From: Octopus vulgaris
Taxonomy: Eukaryota
Reading direction: 5' to 3'
NCBI GenBank assembly: GCA_951406725.2
Contig: OX597825.1
Location: 4,092,001 to 4,156,000 of the forward strand
DNA length: 64,000 bases
Within the stretch, counting starts at the first letter, position 1; each line of letters starts with the position of its first letter. Under the pieces are notes generated by a model, which searched no databases, was not told where the DNA came from, and worked only from the letters and a program-made list of their open reading frames with translations. Positions 48,613-64,000 of this stretch are shown here, piece by piece. Position numbers and translations under genes: made by a program.

Positions 48613-51600
48613 ATATATGCATCTGCATATCTACATACCCCCACCCCACAAACGCACTCGTATGTGTGTGCATGTGTGTTGTGTTGTGTGTGTGTGTGTG
48701 TGAGTGTGTGTTTTAAAGGAACACTAAGCATACACGATTAAGATATACCTGTGCACAGTTATATTTAACCATTAAATGTAAACTCGAACGTAAAATAAGG
48801 CCTTTGCTGTAGAAACAAGGAGAGAAATTCACTTTATAGACAACATGTGTGCAAAACACATCGCGCTGGGTTTTGAATAATATCATCGGATTATAGGTCA
48901 CAGGTTTTTGCAGAGATAAGCTTCATCTGCAACTGGCACCGCATCCGTCGTTCATAGCACGCAAGGAACTACTTTATATCTAAAGAGAAATTAATGAATT
49001 TCTTGACATGTGAGAAGCTTTGTTAGGCTGGAATCTCTTAACCAGTGTCACAGTAAACAGCGAGAAATAATATATAGCTGTCCAGGTTTATGTTTAATAT
49101 GTTTGTGTGCACTCGAATGTGGGAAAAAATTGCAGTGAAAGCAGCTGGGGGTAGGTATTTCTTTTTTCTCTCTTCGCCTATCTATACGCACATACGCATA
49201 CATACACGTATAAATCAAGTAAGGGGGTTGAATATCACAAATGAAGTAAGTTGCATCATACAATTTATTGCGGTTGGCGGAACAACTATTTCATAGAAGA
49301 AAATTAGAGAGGTCAGATAGCCAAAGGCAAATACACTGGTCCTCAAACTTGATTGCATTGAATATTTATACTTGGCCTGAAAATCTGAGCTTTTGGAAAT
49401 TATAGTCGAAAATTCCTTCGATGATGGCGGTTGTACAGTAACTCGTTTCAGCGAAATCTTGCAGAGAGAGGATTCTAGACTCGATGGGAGTTCGATCTTA
49501 AATTTTGATGTGGTTTTCGGCTTTGTTGAAGTTTTGATGTATAACGATCGGCTCTGGAACTACCATTGATACTGCCTTACGCTAGGTGGCTATTATTAGT
49601 TGTGAAATTGAGTCTACTCTTCTTCGAGACCTTTCTATTTTGGCACGTGTTGTTGCAGCAGGCGTTATTCGTGGCTTCCAGCTGTCCAGATGTGTTGTGT
49701 GCCTTTTCGTATAGTGTAGTGGTGTCATTTAGATGTTTTTCGTACCTGTTCATTTGTCATTTAGCACCTTTCATCAAGCGGTGGTGGGGGACACACTCTT
49801 TCAGAAAGGCACATACACTCACAGACACATGCATATACATAAGCACACATACACACACACGCACATCTATGTATGCATGTATATATATACATACATACAT
49901 ACATACATACATACATACATACATACATAAACATATATACTCGCACATGTATGTTCATATACATGGTCCAAAGGTCCATGAAGCGCTTTTTTATGTCTGA
50001 GTTACTCGTGTAAAATGTCAAAACCAAACCCCTTTATGTTTGTACACAAGATGCTTCAGGATATATTTTTCAGCAACGTCTGTGAACATATGCGCACGCA
50101 GATACTTGTACCTGAATAACTTATCAATAAATCATTGTTTTTTATATGAACAATATTTTACTCAGCTGCATATTATGTAACATGATTTGCGTATGGTATA
50201 CGATTAACATATTAGTAGGTTTTTTTCGATTTTAAAAAAGAAAATAAAACCTGAAATGGATAGAAGATTTCAATCTCACCAAAAAATTGTGGCAAAGTAA
50301 TATCAGGTTGACTACCCACACATGATGTTCATGGATGCGTTATAGTCTTTCGAACAGATGTAATAGTCAACCGAGTCACTACTTTACAATAATTAAAGTA
50401 TTCATCCCCGATGTGAAATTGTCACTAAGAACCCTGGACATAAGATGGGGGGAAGTTACAATGCACACACCTAGCGATACTGAGATGCAGCTTCTCACGA
50501 GAGCAACTCGAAATTTGAACAAACTTAATTTCCATAAGACTCACAGGAAATTAATTTAGAGAAAACGATTGCAGAAAGAATTCACTCCAAATGTCTTCAA
50601 TAGAAGACTAAGAGTTGCGAATGAATGAAATTAACGTATATTATGCAAAAGGAGAGGGTAAATGTTCAAGGATACATTCTATTGAATGGACATGACGTTA
50701 AGTAACAGGTACCCATGATGCGTAAATGAATATAACAACATGAATCAGCATTACTCTCAATGATATTGGGATTGGAGTAAAATGTCTTAGAAAAAGAAGA
50801 GATGGTAGCACTAAAGGAAAATCAATGATGTTTCACGTGTGTTATGAAAATAGTTGAGCGTAGGAGATATTAGGGCTTCTGGATAAATAAAATAAGATGG
50901 GTAATTGGAAAATATTATCTCCATGTATAACCCGATGAATTTCACTGAATGATTTATACTGTAACGTTTAAAGGAAACCGATAAATTCCCTCAGCAGGGA
51001 GCAATATAAGCTGTAGTTATAATGAAATTAAATGCAGGAAAGAACAAAAGATTCTGTTTTATGAACAATTCTTGAAAAAATATATGATATCCAAAGCTCT
51101 CGACGTATGTCCTGACACGTCTTTGAAAGTGATTTGGCATACCATACAAATGGTTGAAACAAGCTAGCGATTATTGTATTTGTATGAAGCGCTTCTTAGT
51201 TTGTATTTACATCGACATTTACTGGCATTGTGCAATAGAAACGATCTGCAAGCGAGAACTTTGGAATGCTCTTGCACAGTTCTCTTTTGCAAATAAAGGA
51301 ATTGTTTCTTCGTATATGATGTATTAAACTGCCCCTTTCGACTAATACATCTCGTAGTTTTGATGATATATTGACAAGGTAGCACTCACAATACGTTATG
51401 TAGTTCTACATTGTATCCTACAATATTATATATTTCTGACTCTCGTAGCAAAATCACTTAAAATTCGAGTAACGAAAATAATTTTAGGAATAAATCCGTT
51501 TATTCTTTAATTTGATAATTAGTGTAGCTGATCAAAGAATTTAGACACAATGAAATATTGATATTTACATGTAGGTATAAGAATTGTCACATATTGCACC

Positions 51601-53356
51601 CAACGAAAGACACACCAAAATATACTATAAATGCAAAGTGATCCTGAATATCCAGAGGTGCATACAATTCTGCTATAAAAATCCTACTTAGAAAAGCATT
51701 TCATTATCTGCTTCACAAAAGGAAGCATCAACATTATAAAATAATAACTAGTCAACAAAATATATGTACATGATTTACTTTAACGGAATTATGCAAATTC
51801 GGAGAAACAACTTTAGCACAGTCCGTACTGGAAACAAAATACACAAATTCAATCCAAAAAATGCAAAACCAAGTAATCTACGGTAAAAAAAAAGATAACT
51901 TGTTATCTAAGCACAGATAAATGTATGAAAGATTGTTCTTGGTTTATCACGTATCTACAACAACAGATCATTACAACGGGTTTTGCTATATGACGCTGTA
52001 CTAAATTGTCTGGAAGAAAAAGTATATTTACTGGAATACGTACGATAAAAATCGCTTTCGGTTTGCATGATTACATATATAAATCCTATACATCCATCAA
52101 AGAAATATGACGACACAAATAACGTCAACAAGTGATTGTCATATCTACAGACTACTGGCATTGTTATAAGAATCTTGATTTTGAAGATCACAGAATATCT
52201 CTCGACCGGTGACAAATAATAAAGACTCACACCGCAAATCTGTTATCATAAACACTAATTTCATCCAGGAAAAGCATTTAAAATTTCATGAAATATAGAG
52301 GGATTTTAGAAGTTCTTTCATTACCTAAAGGATAACGGAAGTTTTGAAGTGGACTACAACAGATCAGCGCAATAAAAAAGGTTAATAATGCTCCACGAAT
52401 ATTTCTTTTTAAGAATAATGTATTACGCTTGGATATACTATATGTATCTGAAAACAAATTGGCGGATACACACACCGGAATATATACAAGTATATATTAT
52501 TTACATTCCCATTAAGGTAAGATCAGCTAAAAAATGTGCTGCATTCTGTAAAATCAACAGATATCATCTGCATATACGCGCGCGAGCGCATACATATATG
52601 CATACATACATACACACATGCACATACATAACATATATACATACATACATACACACATTCATAATACACATGCATACAGGCTTACATACACACACACACA
52701 CACACACACATATGATAGAGAGGCAAGGAAGAGAGAAAGAGAGACATATTCTTTTTGTAGCGATAAAGCTTGAAGTAACTGAATAATTTGAAGTAACTGT
52801 GTAAGACGGAAGGATTATATATGCATATGTACATAAATCTATATATGTATATATGTGTGTGCTTGTGAGTGTGCGTGTGTGTGTATAGATTGATGGAGTG
52901 ACTGATTGAGTGGTAGATAAATTGATCGATTGATTGATTGACTTAAAACCTACGACAACGTGTGTCCTACTCATAAGTTTTGGTGGATAAAACAAGAGAT
53001 ATAAATAAGTGTTTTTTTTCTTGTAGCTCTCTTAATTGACGCCGAAATAAGGGGTTCGACCAACATTGTAAGCATCTAGGGATATTTTCACCGTACCAAA
53101 TTATATATAATTAATTCACTTGAAGCGAGCACGTTTCATTTCCTGATGTAATCGAATGATTCATCAATTACAAGCGCCTCTCACACGGCTATAGTGAGCG
53201 TTTTGCCCATTTGTGTTATTATTTTATACATGCATACATATATATATTCATGCATGCACATATGCATACGTACAGGCATAGTTACACGCATGGATATATA
53301 CATATATATGTGTGTGTGTATATAAAGAAAGAGAGAAAGAAAGGAAGAAAGAAGGA

Positions 53357-53388
<32 letters not shown>

Positions 53389-53728
53389 CGTGCGAAATTG
53401 CAGAAACTCAGAAACGACAAATTACGAAATTATACAAATGCCAAACTGTGTAATCTGCAGAAAGAGAGAGGGAGAGAGAGATGGGAGGGGTTAGAAAAAA
53501 TTGTGTATCTGCATGAATATGCTCGATTGGTTCTGTGCAATGTGTGTGCGCGAGCATACTTTTGTAGTTGCTTAATCTTGTAGAATAACTACGAACGAGG
53601 AGAATGAGATAGTAAAGCGGATATTGCGAAAAAGATTATGATGCACATACAGAAAGAGACACACATCCATTCAGATAAATATACATATGCACACTGATAT
53701 TCATGCATATATATATATACATATATAT

Positions 53729-53769
<41 letters not shown>

Positions 53770-55140
53770 GAGAGAGATTAATTGATAGGTATATGGGTGT
53801 ATATATATGTTCATACATACTTATATGTATGTAGGAATGTACGCTTCTGTGCACCTGGCTGAATAGTGAAACATTAGGTAAATTATTTGAATTACTTCCT
53901 TTGTTCATGCAAACGTTTCAGTCTCTCGTGCTAAATCATGCATGCATTGAAGATGATGTACGCGAAATCAACTAATGAATCAAAGCCGCGGATTTCATAG
54001 GAAATATTATGGTATCGATCTAATTAATTATTTTCTTTGTATTTAAGACAAAGGTACAAATGCATTATTAGTTTTGGTCGAGATATTCTGATATCAATTT
54101 AAATATAGACATACAAATTCTCATGAATAATGGTATTATATACATATATCTACGTGCATGTGAGAGTGTGTGTGTGTCTCAACCCGTATATATGCATGTG
54201 TATATACATATATGTATGCCTGTTTGCATATATATATATATACATATACATATATTATGCTTATGTGTGTGTGGTCCAATGTATGCATGAATGTGCACGT
54301 TTGTGTCAATGTTGCATGTTAGAGTGTGTGGATGGCTGCGTGCTTTATCTTCATGGCCTTGAGAAATATTGTCAATGCATATCGTCATTTGAAATTATTT
54401 AATATATGCAGGTGATACTGTCTTATGTCCCTACCTCTCGTTAGCTCTTTTCCTGAGTTTTTTTTTAGAAACTTTCCCTGAAAGCCTTCATAAGAATACT
54501 TGTTGTATTTGACGATTGTCTTCGTTATGAAATATCAAGCAGTTTCGATGATTCTATTGAATATTCGTTAAGAGAATTTCATTATTTTGGTGATAATTTC
54601 TGACTTGTCTCTGACACGCAACTGTTGAGCTGGAAAGTCAACTACTATAAGACTAATCTTCCTTTTCTTTTCTTTTGTTTCTCTTTGAGTGAAGAAGATA
54701 TCAAAAATTTGTGCTCCTATTATACATTTCAGTTCAAATATATTTGTACAATGTCAAATTTTTGAAAAACTGAGAATATGCTTCTGTAATGTGCAAGTTC
54801 GAAATATATGATTTGTCATAGGGCGGACCATGTTCAGTATATTCATGATTTTATACTTGCTTTGCAACTTATATTGTAACGGTTATCATGGTCACCTTAT
54901 AACTTTGCTATTTTCATGATGTATCAAAGTTTACTGGCGTCGTTCACTAAACTGGTATTAATAACCCGGGAATATTTCAGAGTTATATTGTGTCAAGTTT
55001 ACGAATTTATGGAAAGGTATCCCATAAAACTCAACACATTTGTTAAAAATGGAGACGAGATGTTAAAATTTGCAAGAATTTTAATTCATGCTTACGATCG
55101 TTTGAAACAGCGATATAAAATCATGCAAAGTCATGGTAGA

Positions 55141-55193
55141 ATAATTAAATTAATTTGATTAAATTAAATTAATTTGATTAAATTAAATTAATT
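55141..55193. repeat. 20-bp tandem repeat, ~2.5 copies
   Basis: aattaaattaatttgattaa repeated. Confidence 0.85.
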
Positions 55194-55489
55194 ATATATC
55201 ACTGTTCTCCTCCTGTGCAAGAAGTATAAACAAAAAATTATTATTACAGACGACTTGATAAATGAAATTACGGAGAATAATTTGAGATATTCATATTCAA
55301 CCTTATGAAAAATACGAGCATCATAATAAGGAGTGTGAGTCTAGTTAAGTATAAACTAAAACTAAGGCAAATAACGGTTATTTGAAAATATAATTGAAAA
55401 TGTTCTCTTTACTTGGGTCATTAAAGGAAGATTTATGATCAATGCTTCTTAATTTTATAGACTTTTTCGTGCAACCAATGTATATATAT

Positions 55490-56526
<1,037 letters not shown>

Positions 56527-56533
56527 ATATATA

Positions 56534-56591
<58 letters not shown>

Positions 56592-56779
56592 CACACAAAT
56601 ATAAATGTATGGATGGATCAAAACATTTTGATTCAATGAATATATTTTAATGGCGGATATTAATCCGTGAATGAGAGATCAGTAAAGACATACATTCATT
56701 TTCAGTCATTTCTATTTCTTTAGAAAAGTATTCGTAGTAAGATACTATTTAACAGATGGAAAAGAAATTATCCCTCAAT

Positions 56780-57150
56780 ATAACTGCCATTGCGTCTGCT
56801 ACGACAATGTGGCTTCCAATTAATTCGATCAATTGTTACTGCGAAAATGCAAGAATTCTATGAGATATGTGAGATAATATTGTCTAGGGTTTTCATGAAT
56901 GTGGTTCTATCCATCACGTTAGATAATAATCATGGATTTGTGGATTTCCTTACGTTGGAACTAGATTCCGGTGTTTGTGCGCCTTATTATAAAGATAACA
57001 AGCATTTAATGTTTTAATATATGTAAATCGCCACTGAAATAAACTTAGGAACGTCCGTAAATCTATGATACATATGTTTCTTTAAGTAAAATGCCGCATA
57101 CTAGAAGAAGGCCTTAGCTAGGCAGGACACGTTCCAAATATTAGTTACCT
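56780..57150 (+). mobile_element. Decayed Penelope-like RT C-terminal fragment
   Basis: ORF 56790-57017: SRVFMNVVLSITLDNNHGFVDFLTLELDSGVCAPYYKDN resembles the PLE pattern IFxxxGLxITxxxNxxxVNFLDVTLxLxxGxYxPYxKPN. Confidence 0.65.
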
Positions 57151-57339
57151 TACTAGACACAGCGTCAAAAGGGAAGCATACAAATCGAAGTATAAAAATG
57201 GTAATGACTGGCACCTGAATAGTGCATATCAATAACAAATCTGATACAAAACCCGGAGCCCTGCGTTCACTGTCATTTCAATATGAAGACACTGGAATAT
57301 GGTAACTATTTATGAGTTTGTTAATAAAAATAATGGTTT

Positions 57340-58145
57340 ATAATTTTGGCACAAAGTCAGCAGGTACGGACGAGTGGACAAGTCTACGACATGGATCCCA
57401 GTGCTCAACTGGTAATTATTTTATAGACACCAAAAGTATGAATAGCAAAGTCGACCCGGCAGGATTTGAACATAGTATGTAAAGACGGGCGAAATTCAGC
57501 TAAGCATTTTGCATGGCGTGCTAACGCTTCTGCCAGCTTGTTGCCTATCTGGTAACAATGATAGAGTGATAATGTTTTAGCCGTGGGAATATTACTAATA
57601 TCAATAATATTACTTTCTACTATAGGTACAAGACCTGAAATTTGGAGGAGGGGTGTAGTCGATTTTATCGACGCCATTGCTTGACTGGTATTTATTTTAT
57701 CGACACCGAAAAGATGAAAAGCAATGTCGACCTCTCCGGAATTTGAACTCAGACTGTAATGGTCGTCGAAATGTTGTCAAGCATTTTGTTTCGCGTGCTA
57801 AAAATTCTTTTCTTTTCAACTCTAGGCACAAGGCCCGAAATTAATGGGGAGGGGCCCGTCGATTAGATCGACCTCAGAACGCAACTGGTACTTGATTCTT
57901 AGGCCCCGAAAAAATGAACAGGAAAAGTCGACAAAATACCTATTTCTTTACTACCCACAAGGGAACAAACAAGGACAGACAAATGGATTAAGTCGATTAC
58001 ATCGACTCCAGTGCGTAACTGGTACTTAATTTATCGACCTCGAAAGGATGAAAGGCAAAGTCGACCCCAACGGAATTTGAACTCAGACGAAATACCACTA
58101 AGCATTTCGTCCGGATACTAACGTTTCTGCCACCTTGCTGCCAAT
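57340..58145 (-). mobile_element. Cluster of three to four head-to-tail tRNA-derived SINE copies
   Basis: Repeated actggta..ttttatcgac(c/a)ccgaaaggatgaaaggcaaagtcgac..ggaatttgaactcaga..aagcattt at ~57350-57545, ~57625-57800 and ~57820-58140. Confidence 0.9.
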
Positions 58146-58870
58146 CTAATACTAGCAGTAACGATGAACGTCGTATCTGTTACATCTAGTGTAGTAAAGT
58201 GATAATGGTAGCAGTTAGAATATTATTAATAACTATAATGATAATAATAATCAGATCAATAAAAGAATTCCTAATAAATATAACTCTTAACAACAATACT
58301 ATTAATAATCGTAATAGGGGGTAATAGTCATGTCGTTATAAGTTAGAATAATTGCATCAAATATATGCGTTTTAATAATAGCGCACGTGACATTGGACCT
58401 GCTAATGTTAGTAATTGGATTAAATGGAGCATGAATTAAGACACCTGTAACAATAAGGATAACTAACACAATACTGCAATTAGAACAATTAATAAAGCTA
58501 ATGGTAAGAGTACTAATTATGTTAAATATAGCCGAGAAACAAATGATGAAAGTTATACTATAGTTAGGAACTGCATTAAATGTAATCACCGAACTATACA
58601 TGGTAATAAGATTTATAGTAGTATTAATGAGGATAATAATGAAAATACTAATTGTTGTTATAATCGCAATTATAAACATAAATGTTCATGGGCAAATATA
58701 CAATAACAACATCAGTGAAATAAGGCCTGAAATTAATATGATCTGTAGGATTGACGTTCCCGGCGATAATAGCAATAACACCTGCCTTCTCATTCTTCTC
58801 GGGCAAGCAGGTGAGATAATAAAATTTGCAGCTGATTGCGTAACTCTTACGTAATCAGCTGTAAATTTGT

Positions 58871-59080
58871 GTGGTTTTCTTTCATCCTCCAGATAAACTA
58901 AATACTGAACCCGATATAGCCTCAGAATTCCTCAGAGTTCTGAATAGTCATTTCTCTGCAGGAGGCCCTTTTCGTAAGATGCTCCACCCATATACAGTGA
59001 AGCTATCTCACTCCACAACACACAGCATTGTCGAATACCTAACTAGATTAAAACATATTTAACTGAACCGTATATCTAAG
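58871..59080 (+). mobile_element. Penelope-like element fragment (post-RT linker)
   Basis: ORF 58871-59062: FFHPPDKLNTEPDIASEFLRVLNSHFSAGGPFRKMLHPYTVKLSHS matches the PLE pattern WFNPPY..TNIG..FL.LL..HFP.G..L.KIFN..TVKLSYS. Confidence 0.75.
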
Positions 59081-59922
59081 GGCAGTAAAATGCCTAGAGT
59101 TCCGTCCTCCATATACACTTAGTCGTCTAAGGAGTCAAATTGTTGCGCCGCAATCTAATCACCAAGGCAATGATAATAACAGTTCGAAACCTTGCAACAC
59201 TAACTTATTTAGGTAAATAAATCCTTAAACTTTAGAAATGGGTCTCTCTCTATCGCTTTCTCTCTCTCTCTTCTCTCTCTCCTTCTTTCTCTTTACTCTC
59301 TCTGTCTCTGTCTCTCTCTCTCTCTTTCCACTTAGTGAGCATGTTCTTAGAGAAATGTTGTCTATAGATATTTGTTATTATTGATTTAAATTTTCATGTA
59401 ACTTGTTTATGAATTCCAAATTTTGAAATACAAACCCAGTAAGTATAATATTTAGATCTTAAATTTAGTGCACCTATTATCCTTGAAAGCCTACGAAATT
59501 TAATGATAAATGATTTTAACCATTAGTAACATTTTACGATCGACTTCACCCTAATCTCTTAGCCATTTAATTATCTAATATTGTGGTCCAATAAGCGCAG
59601 CTAATGCTATGATTGTACTCAGCCGAATGATACGAACACTTTGACTTACGTTGATTGAATCGCATATTTATTATATTTGGCTAATAATTTGAAGAATTGT
59701 ATTATCCCAAATCAATTTGTTTTTAAATTCTTACAATTTATCACTAAAACAAGATAACCTTGGCCTAATCTCTTATATTCCTGGTTCGTAAATCCTTATA
59801 TCAATGATAATTAGTTATTATAATTGCTTACGACCGTAATTATATAGTATATAATTGCTAACAAGTGTCAGTGCTGACATCTATAGAATATCTGCATGAG
59901 TGCACATACGTGAGTGTGTATC

Positions 59923-59964
<42 letters not shown>

Positions 59965-60817
59965 GGAGAGAGAGAGAAGGCATATATCTTCAGTACATAA
60001 GTCTATCAGGATGGATGGTTTAAACTAAATGTGCGCCTGCATATGCGTACAAGTATATGTGTACGTAATTGTAGAATATTTGAGTTCGCAAATATCTATA
60101 TGAGTCGAAGTTGGACTCTGGATATCTAATTTAAATCAATAGCATATATAATCTTTATTTTAGGCATTACAGTTACCCATTGTTTTATGGGCTACATCCG
60201 GCTACATTCTGGAAAAGACTTGTAGGCTGTGCTTAATTTCATTATATCTTGTTTACTTTTATTTACTTTCAATTTATTTACTCATATTAATACGTCCCTT
60301 TCATAGACATGTCAGATATCTCGAAGACTTACACGATTGCCAAATGAGTCTCATGCGATAGAACGCACGAGCGCACGAGCCGGGCAACACTGCTAGTAGT
60401 TGATATATTTCAAATACAATTAGGAATGAGTTGACTAAGGACACCAGTGTTTTGGTACTCTCTATTGCACTTGGTTTTCTTGAGTCCATGCTATTATTTA
60501 AATATCGCCGCAAACTATATTCCCAATAAGTATTCCATTTTTTAAAAAAAATTATACAGAATTATAATATATGACTTCACTGACGGCGATATAATCGATG
60601 CGTCTGAATTCTGAATTTCATTCTGAACTCATAAACCTTTCATACAGAGATATAAGCGTCATAAAAATGTAAAATTGTGTATTGTCTGTGGATATTATAA
60701 TGACATTCAACGTGTGTATATCTGTCTACCTGTCTGTGTGTTTCTCTCTGTCTGTCTATTTCACTCTTTCTCACTCTCCCTCGCTTTCTCACTACACACA
60801 CAGACACACACACACAC

Positions 60818-60867
<50 letters not shown>

Positions 60868-60870
<3 letters not shown>

Positions 60871-61055
60871 CTGCCCACAAGGGGCTAAACATAGAGGGGA
60901 CAAGCGAGGACAGACAAAGGGGTTAAGTCGATTGTATCGACCCCAGTGCGAAACTGGTACTTTATTTATCAACCCCGAAAGGATAAAAGGCAAAGTCGAC
61001 TTCGGCGTAATTTGAACTCAGAACGTAACGACAGACGAAATACCGCTATGCATTT
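60868..61055 (-). mobile_element. tRNA-derived SINE
   Basis: atcgaccccagtgcgaaactggtacttt..ccccgaaaggataaaaggcaaagtcgacttcggcgtaatttgaactcagaacgtaa; similar to 57945-58110. Confidence 0.9.
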
Positions 61056-64000
61056 ATATATATATATAAGTATATCTGTAACATAATTGCATATATATTT
61101 CAATGTGTAGATAAATTTTATACATGTGTATACGTAATCATTTTATCTTATGTTCAGAAATTTTCATCACTGGAAGTAGTTGTTCTTACAATTTGATTAT
61201 TACACAGAGAATTATTTTGGAAAGGTGAATTGCACACTACCGAATTTGCGTGGTAAAATAAAAAAATAGAGTACATGATAAAAAACAAGCTATATAATTC
61301 GTTCATTTCCGTGTTGCTTTTTCTGGTAATACCGCATTTCTTTTCATATACGAATATTCTTCTTTGAACTTAGCCCGTGGATATCTAATCACGTTTCTTC
61401 TGAAATTTTAATGCTTATTCGCTAAGAACCCTGCTATACTTCCTTCATATGTTCGTTTTTTTTTCTTTTAGGAGAAAAACGTGTTTTACAATTTTGTGCT
61501 TAATGTTATATATAGGAAAACGAAATACCGAAAAGTTTCAGATTTTCATCCTTATCCTTGAGGGCATCATCTCAGGAAAGAGTGAAGACATTAAAATTAC
61601 ACGCACAGAAAATGGATGATAAGTATGTTTTGAATTGTTTTTTTTTAATACAAGATCTTTAAAAAGTGTTTAGTTTTCTAGTAAAATGTATTTCTTTAAA
61701 ATTTTGTATGGAAGTTATGTGTAAATAGATGTGCGCACAACTTGGATTGCTACAATTCTTCTGCATCTATTTCATGATCTACATTTTTTCAAAGAAAAGC
61801 TATCCCATGATTATCTGATGTGGATAATAAAATTCACAATACTATTCCTCGGGAAGCTGTCACAACATAATCTTCAATGAATAAGTAACTGAAAGTGACG
61901 GAGGTCCTTTCTTTTTATGTTTACCATAAATATAACAATGGAAAGATTTCTACCACAAGAGTAAAAATCAAAATCAGGCTGGCCTACAAATGGCAAAATT
62001 ATAGACTACAGAATTTTGAATTTATTTTATTTGTCTTGCCTCTATCATTATTGAAGAGATATGAGAAATATTAATAAGTACACACTTATTAGTATTCTAA
62101 TATCTCTTGAATAAGCACATACCGAACTTCTAAAGGAGTTTAGTATTTGCTTTGTCTGTAAAAGTTGTACTTGTAAGCAGCCATTTTATGAAGAAGCACA
62201 TCGAGAACAGAATAGACATTTTAGTTGAGGAACCTAATATTTAGATTAGCTTTAGTTAATCTTGTGTAATGGTAAAGCAAGAGATAAGTTTCGTAGTTTC
62301 GCCGGAAACCTGCCTCCCAGATACGTTAGGTGATCCCTCGTGAATATAAATCCTAAGTTTTGAGGCAGAGGCATTGCATGGCTCATACCACACATGGTGT
62401 ATGAATTTGTGCGGATATCAATCGAATTCTCGCGAGCGAAACTCAATTAGAAACATGGAGTAACTCCAAGCCTGAACATATATATTACCCCATAGACAAA
62501 AAGCGATTTTACAGCTACACAGAAACTTAGAAAAGTTTACCTGACAAATATGTTCTATTGAAGTAAATATGAAGCACTCAAATGGAGAAATTTGTTAAGA
62601 ATTGCTCTGGGAAAATATATAGAAAATATCATCTGTAATTCACTATTCATTTGTTAACACATATTAGCGTGTTTTTTTGCTACATTCGATTTTCAATTTA
62701 TAATCATTTTGCAAAACCAACGAAAAAGAAAATAAATAAACTGTATGGTATTTGACCTTTGTGTAGCCCTTCCCACGTGTACGCTTTTAGTTCTTAAACG
62801 AATAATGCGAAGAGGTCTCATAGTAAAACGATTGCAAAGGACATTTGAAACTGATACTGGAGAATAGAGTCATAAATTATTTAATTCCATCATCTAAAAT
62901 TCCATGTTTTTGTGGAGATGGTGTCTGAATTATGCAAACCGAGTGAGGTAGGTAGTCTTTACTTGATCGGATTTGGATGAAGATTTCTTCTATAAGCCAC
63001 TTCTTTTATCTCCAAAGAAACTGAGACACAGCAATTTCGATGAAACATTGCGAAAAATGTATAGAAGTACGATGCTTGTTAAAAGTTCAATAATGTACCC
63101 AGGTGGAGAAAAATCAAAGGTGATAGTAATATATATGATACTAAGGTGAGTAGATGAATGGAAATTAATAAGGTGTAACATGTTTTTAAACATATTAAAT
63201 CAGTTTTAGCTTAAACGGTAATGTAAAATGTTTTAACATTTCTGACATTTGTTCATTAAATGAACATAACGTAAGTAAAGAAAAGGAGGGATGTGACAGA
63301 AGAATTGATGTTGAGAAGAATAAAAACGGACGTGGATTAAATTTATAAGATGAGAGAGGGTGCGGAGGTAAGGTGAAATGAAAGGTGAAAGTGATATAGG
63401 GTGCTGGAAATGTCTGTAAAAGTAGGGGTAAGAAACGCTATAAAGCGGAACGAGGTTTTGAATATACGGGCGAATAGGAAAAAAATGGGTTATATCTCGT
63501 GAAAAACAAAATGTTTTTTAAAAATTATTCTGTATGGGAAGGAAAAAAGTGAGAAAAGTGGAGTGGTAAAATAAAGGATAGAATTGGAAACATGGCGTAT
63601 AATTGGAAAAGAAAACAAACAAGAAAATATGAGAAGATGCAAAGACGAAAATTAGGAACAATTAACAGAAGAAAGAGTAGGGAAGAAAACTTCAGAGATA
63701 CACGAGGAAAATGGGGGGGGGGGAGAAAAAATATAATTAAATAAAACACTGAGGACAGAATGAGGTAAAATGTACCTAAAAATAAATTTTTTTGTGAAAA
63801 GTCCAATCAAGTACACAAATAGCAGTGTCTGGGGAGATGGCAATGTCTATATTATCTTCAAGAGCTTATACATGAAAATTAAAAATGTCATGCACTAACA
63901 GAAGCAATCGATAAACATAGACATGAATTAAGGTGTTTATAACAGAAGTAATAGACATACACAAACACACACACATACACACACACACACATATATATAT

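Noticed and set aside
50580-51150. Possible very old LINE RT remnant (FKG-like peptide near 50965)
   Set aside because: Too fragmentary to call without a profile search.
57340-58145. Repeat-spacer appearance reminiscent of a CRISPR array
   Set aside because: Units are ~200-bp diverged SINE copies in eukaryotic DNA, with no regular short repeats and no cas genes.
63270-63840. Long purine-rich tract with hydrophobic minus-strand ORFs
   Set aside because: Compositional bias explains the ORFs; no motif or structure recognised.

Overview
AT-rich, microsatellite-dense eukaryotic non-coding DNA. The SINE, LINE and mariner families and the (TA)n/(CA)n density look like an octopus (coleoid cephalopod) genome, recognised from memory rather than by search. 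No host protein-coding gene can be supported; nearly all listed ORFs are translated microsatellites. The window holds about eight decayed mariner copies, a 5'-truncated R4/Dong-type LINE embedded in (TAA)n, an R2-like zinc-finger/Myb fragment, three Penelope-like (PLE) protein fragments and many tRNA-derived SINEs. The most notable signal is at the RNA level: several type I hammerhead ribozyme (HHR) motifs. These include a pair 494 nt apart in ~230-bp direct repeats around a strongly self-complementary spacer (40661-41386, retrozyme-like), two solo motifs with complete cores (3205-3249 +, 46282-46364 -) and several relics, one fused to a tRNA-derived Pol III head. Five long DNA foldbacks are also present. 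Structures were paired by eye and repeat boundaries are approximate.
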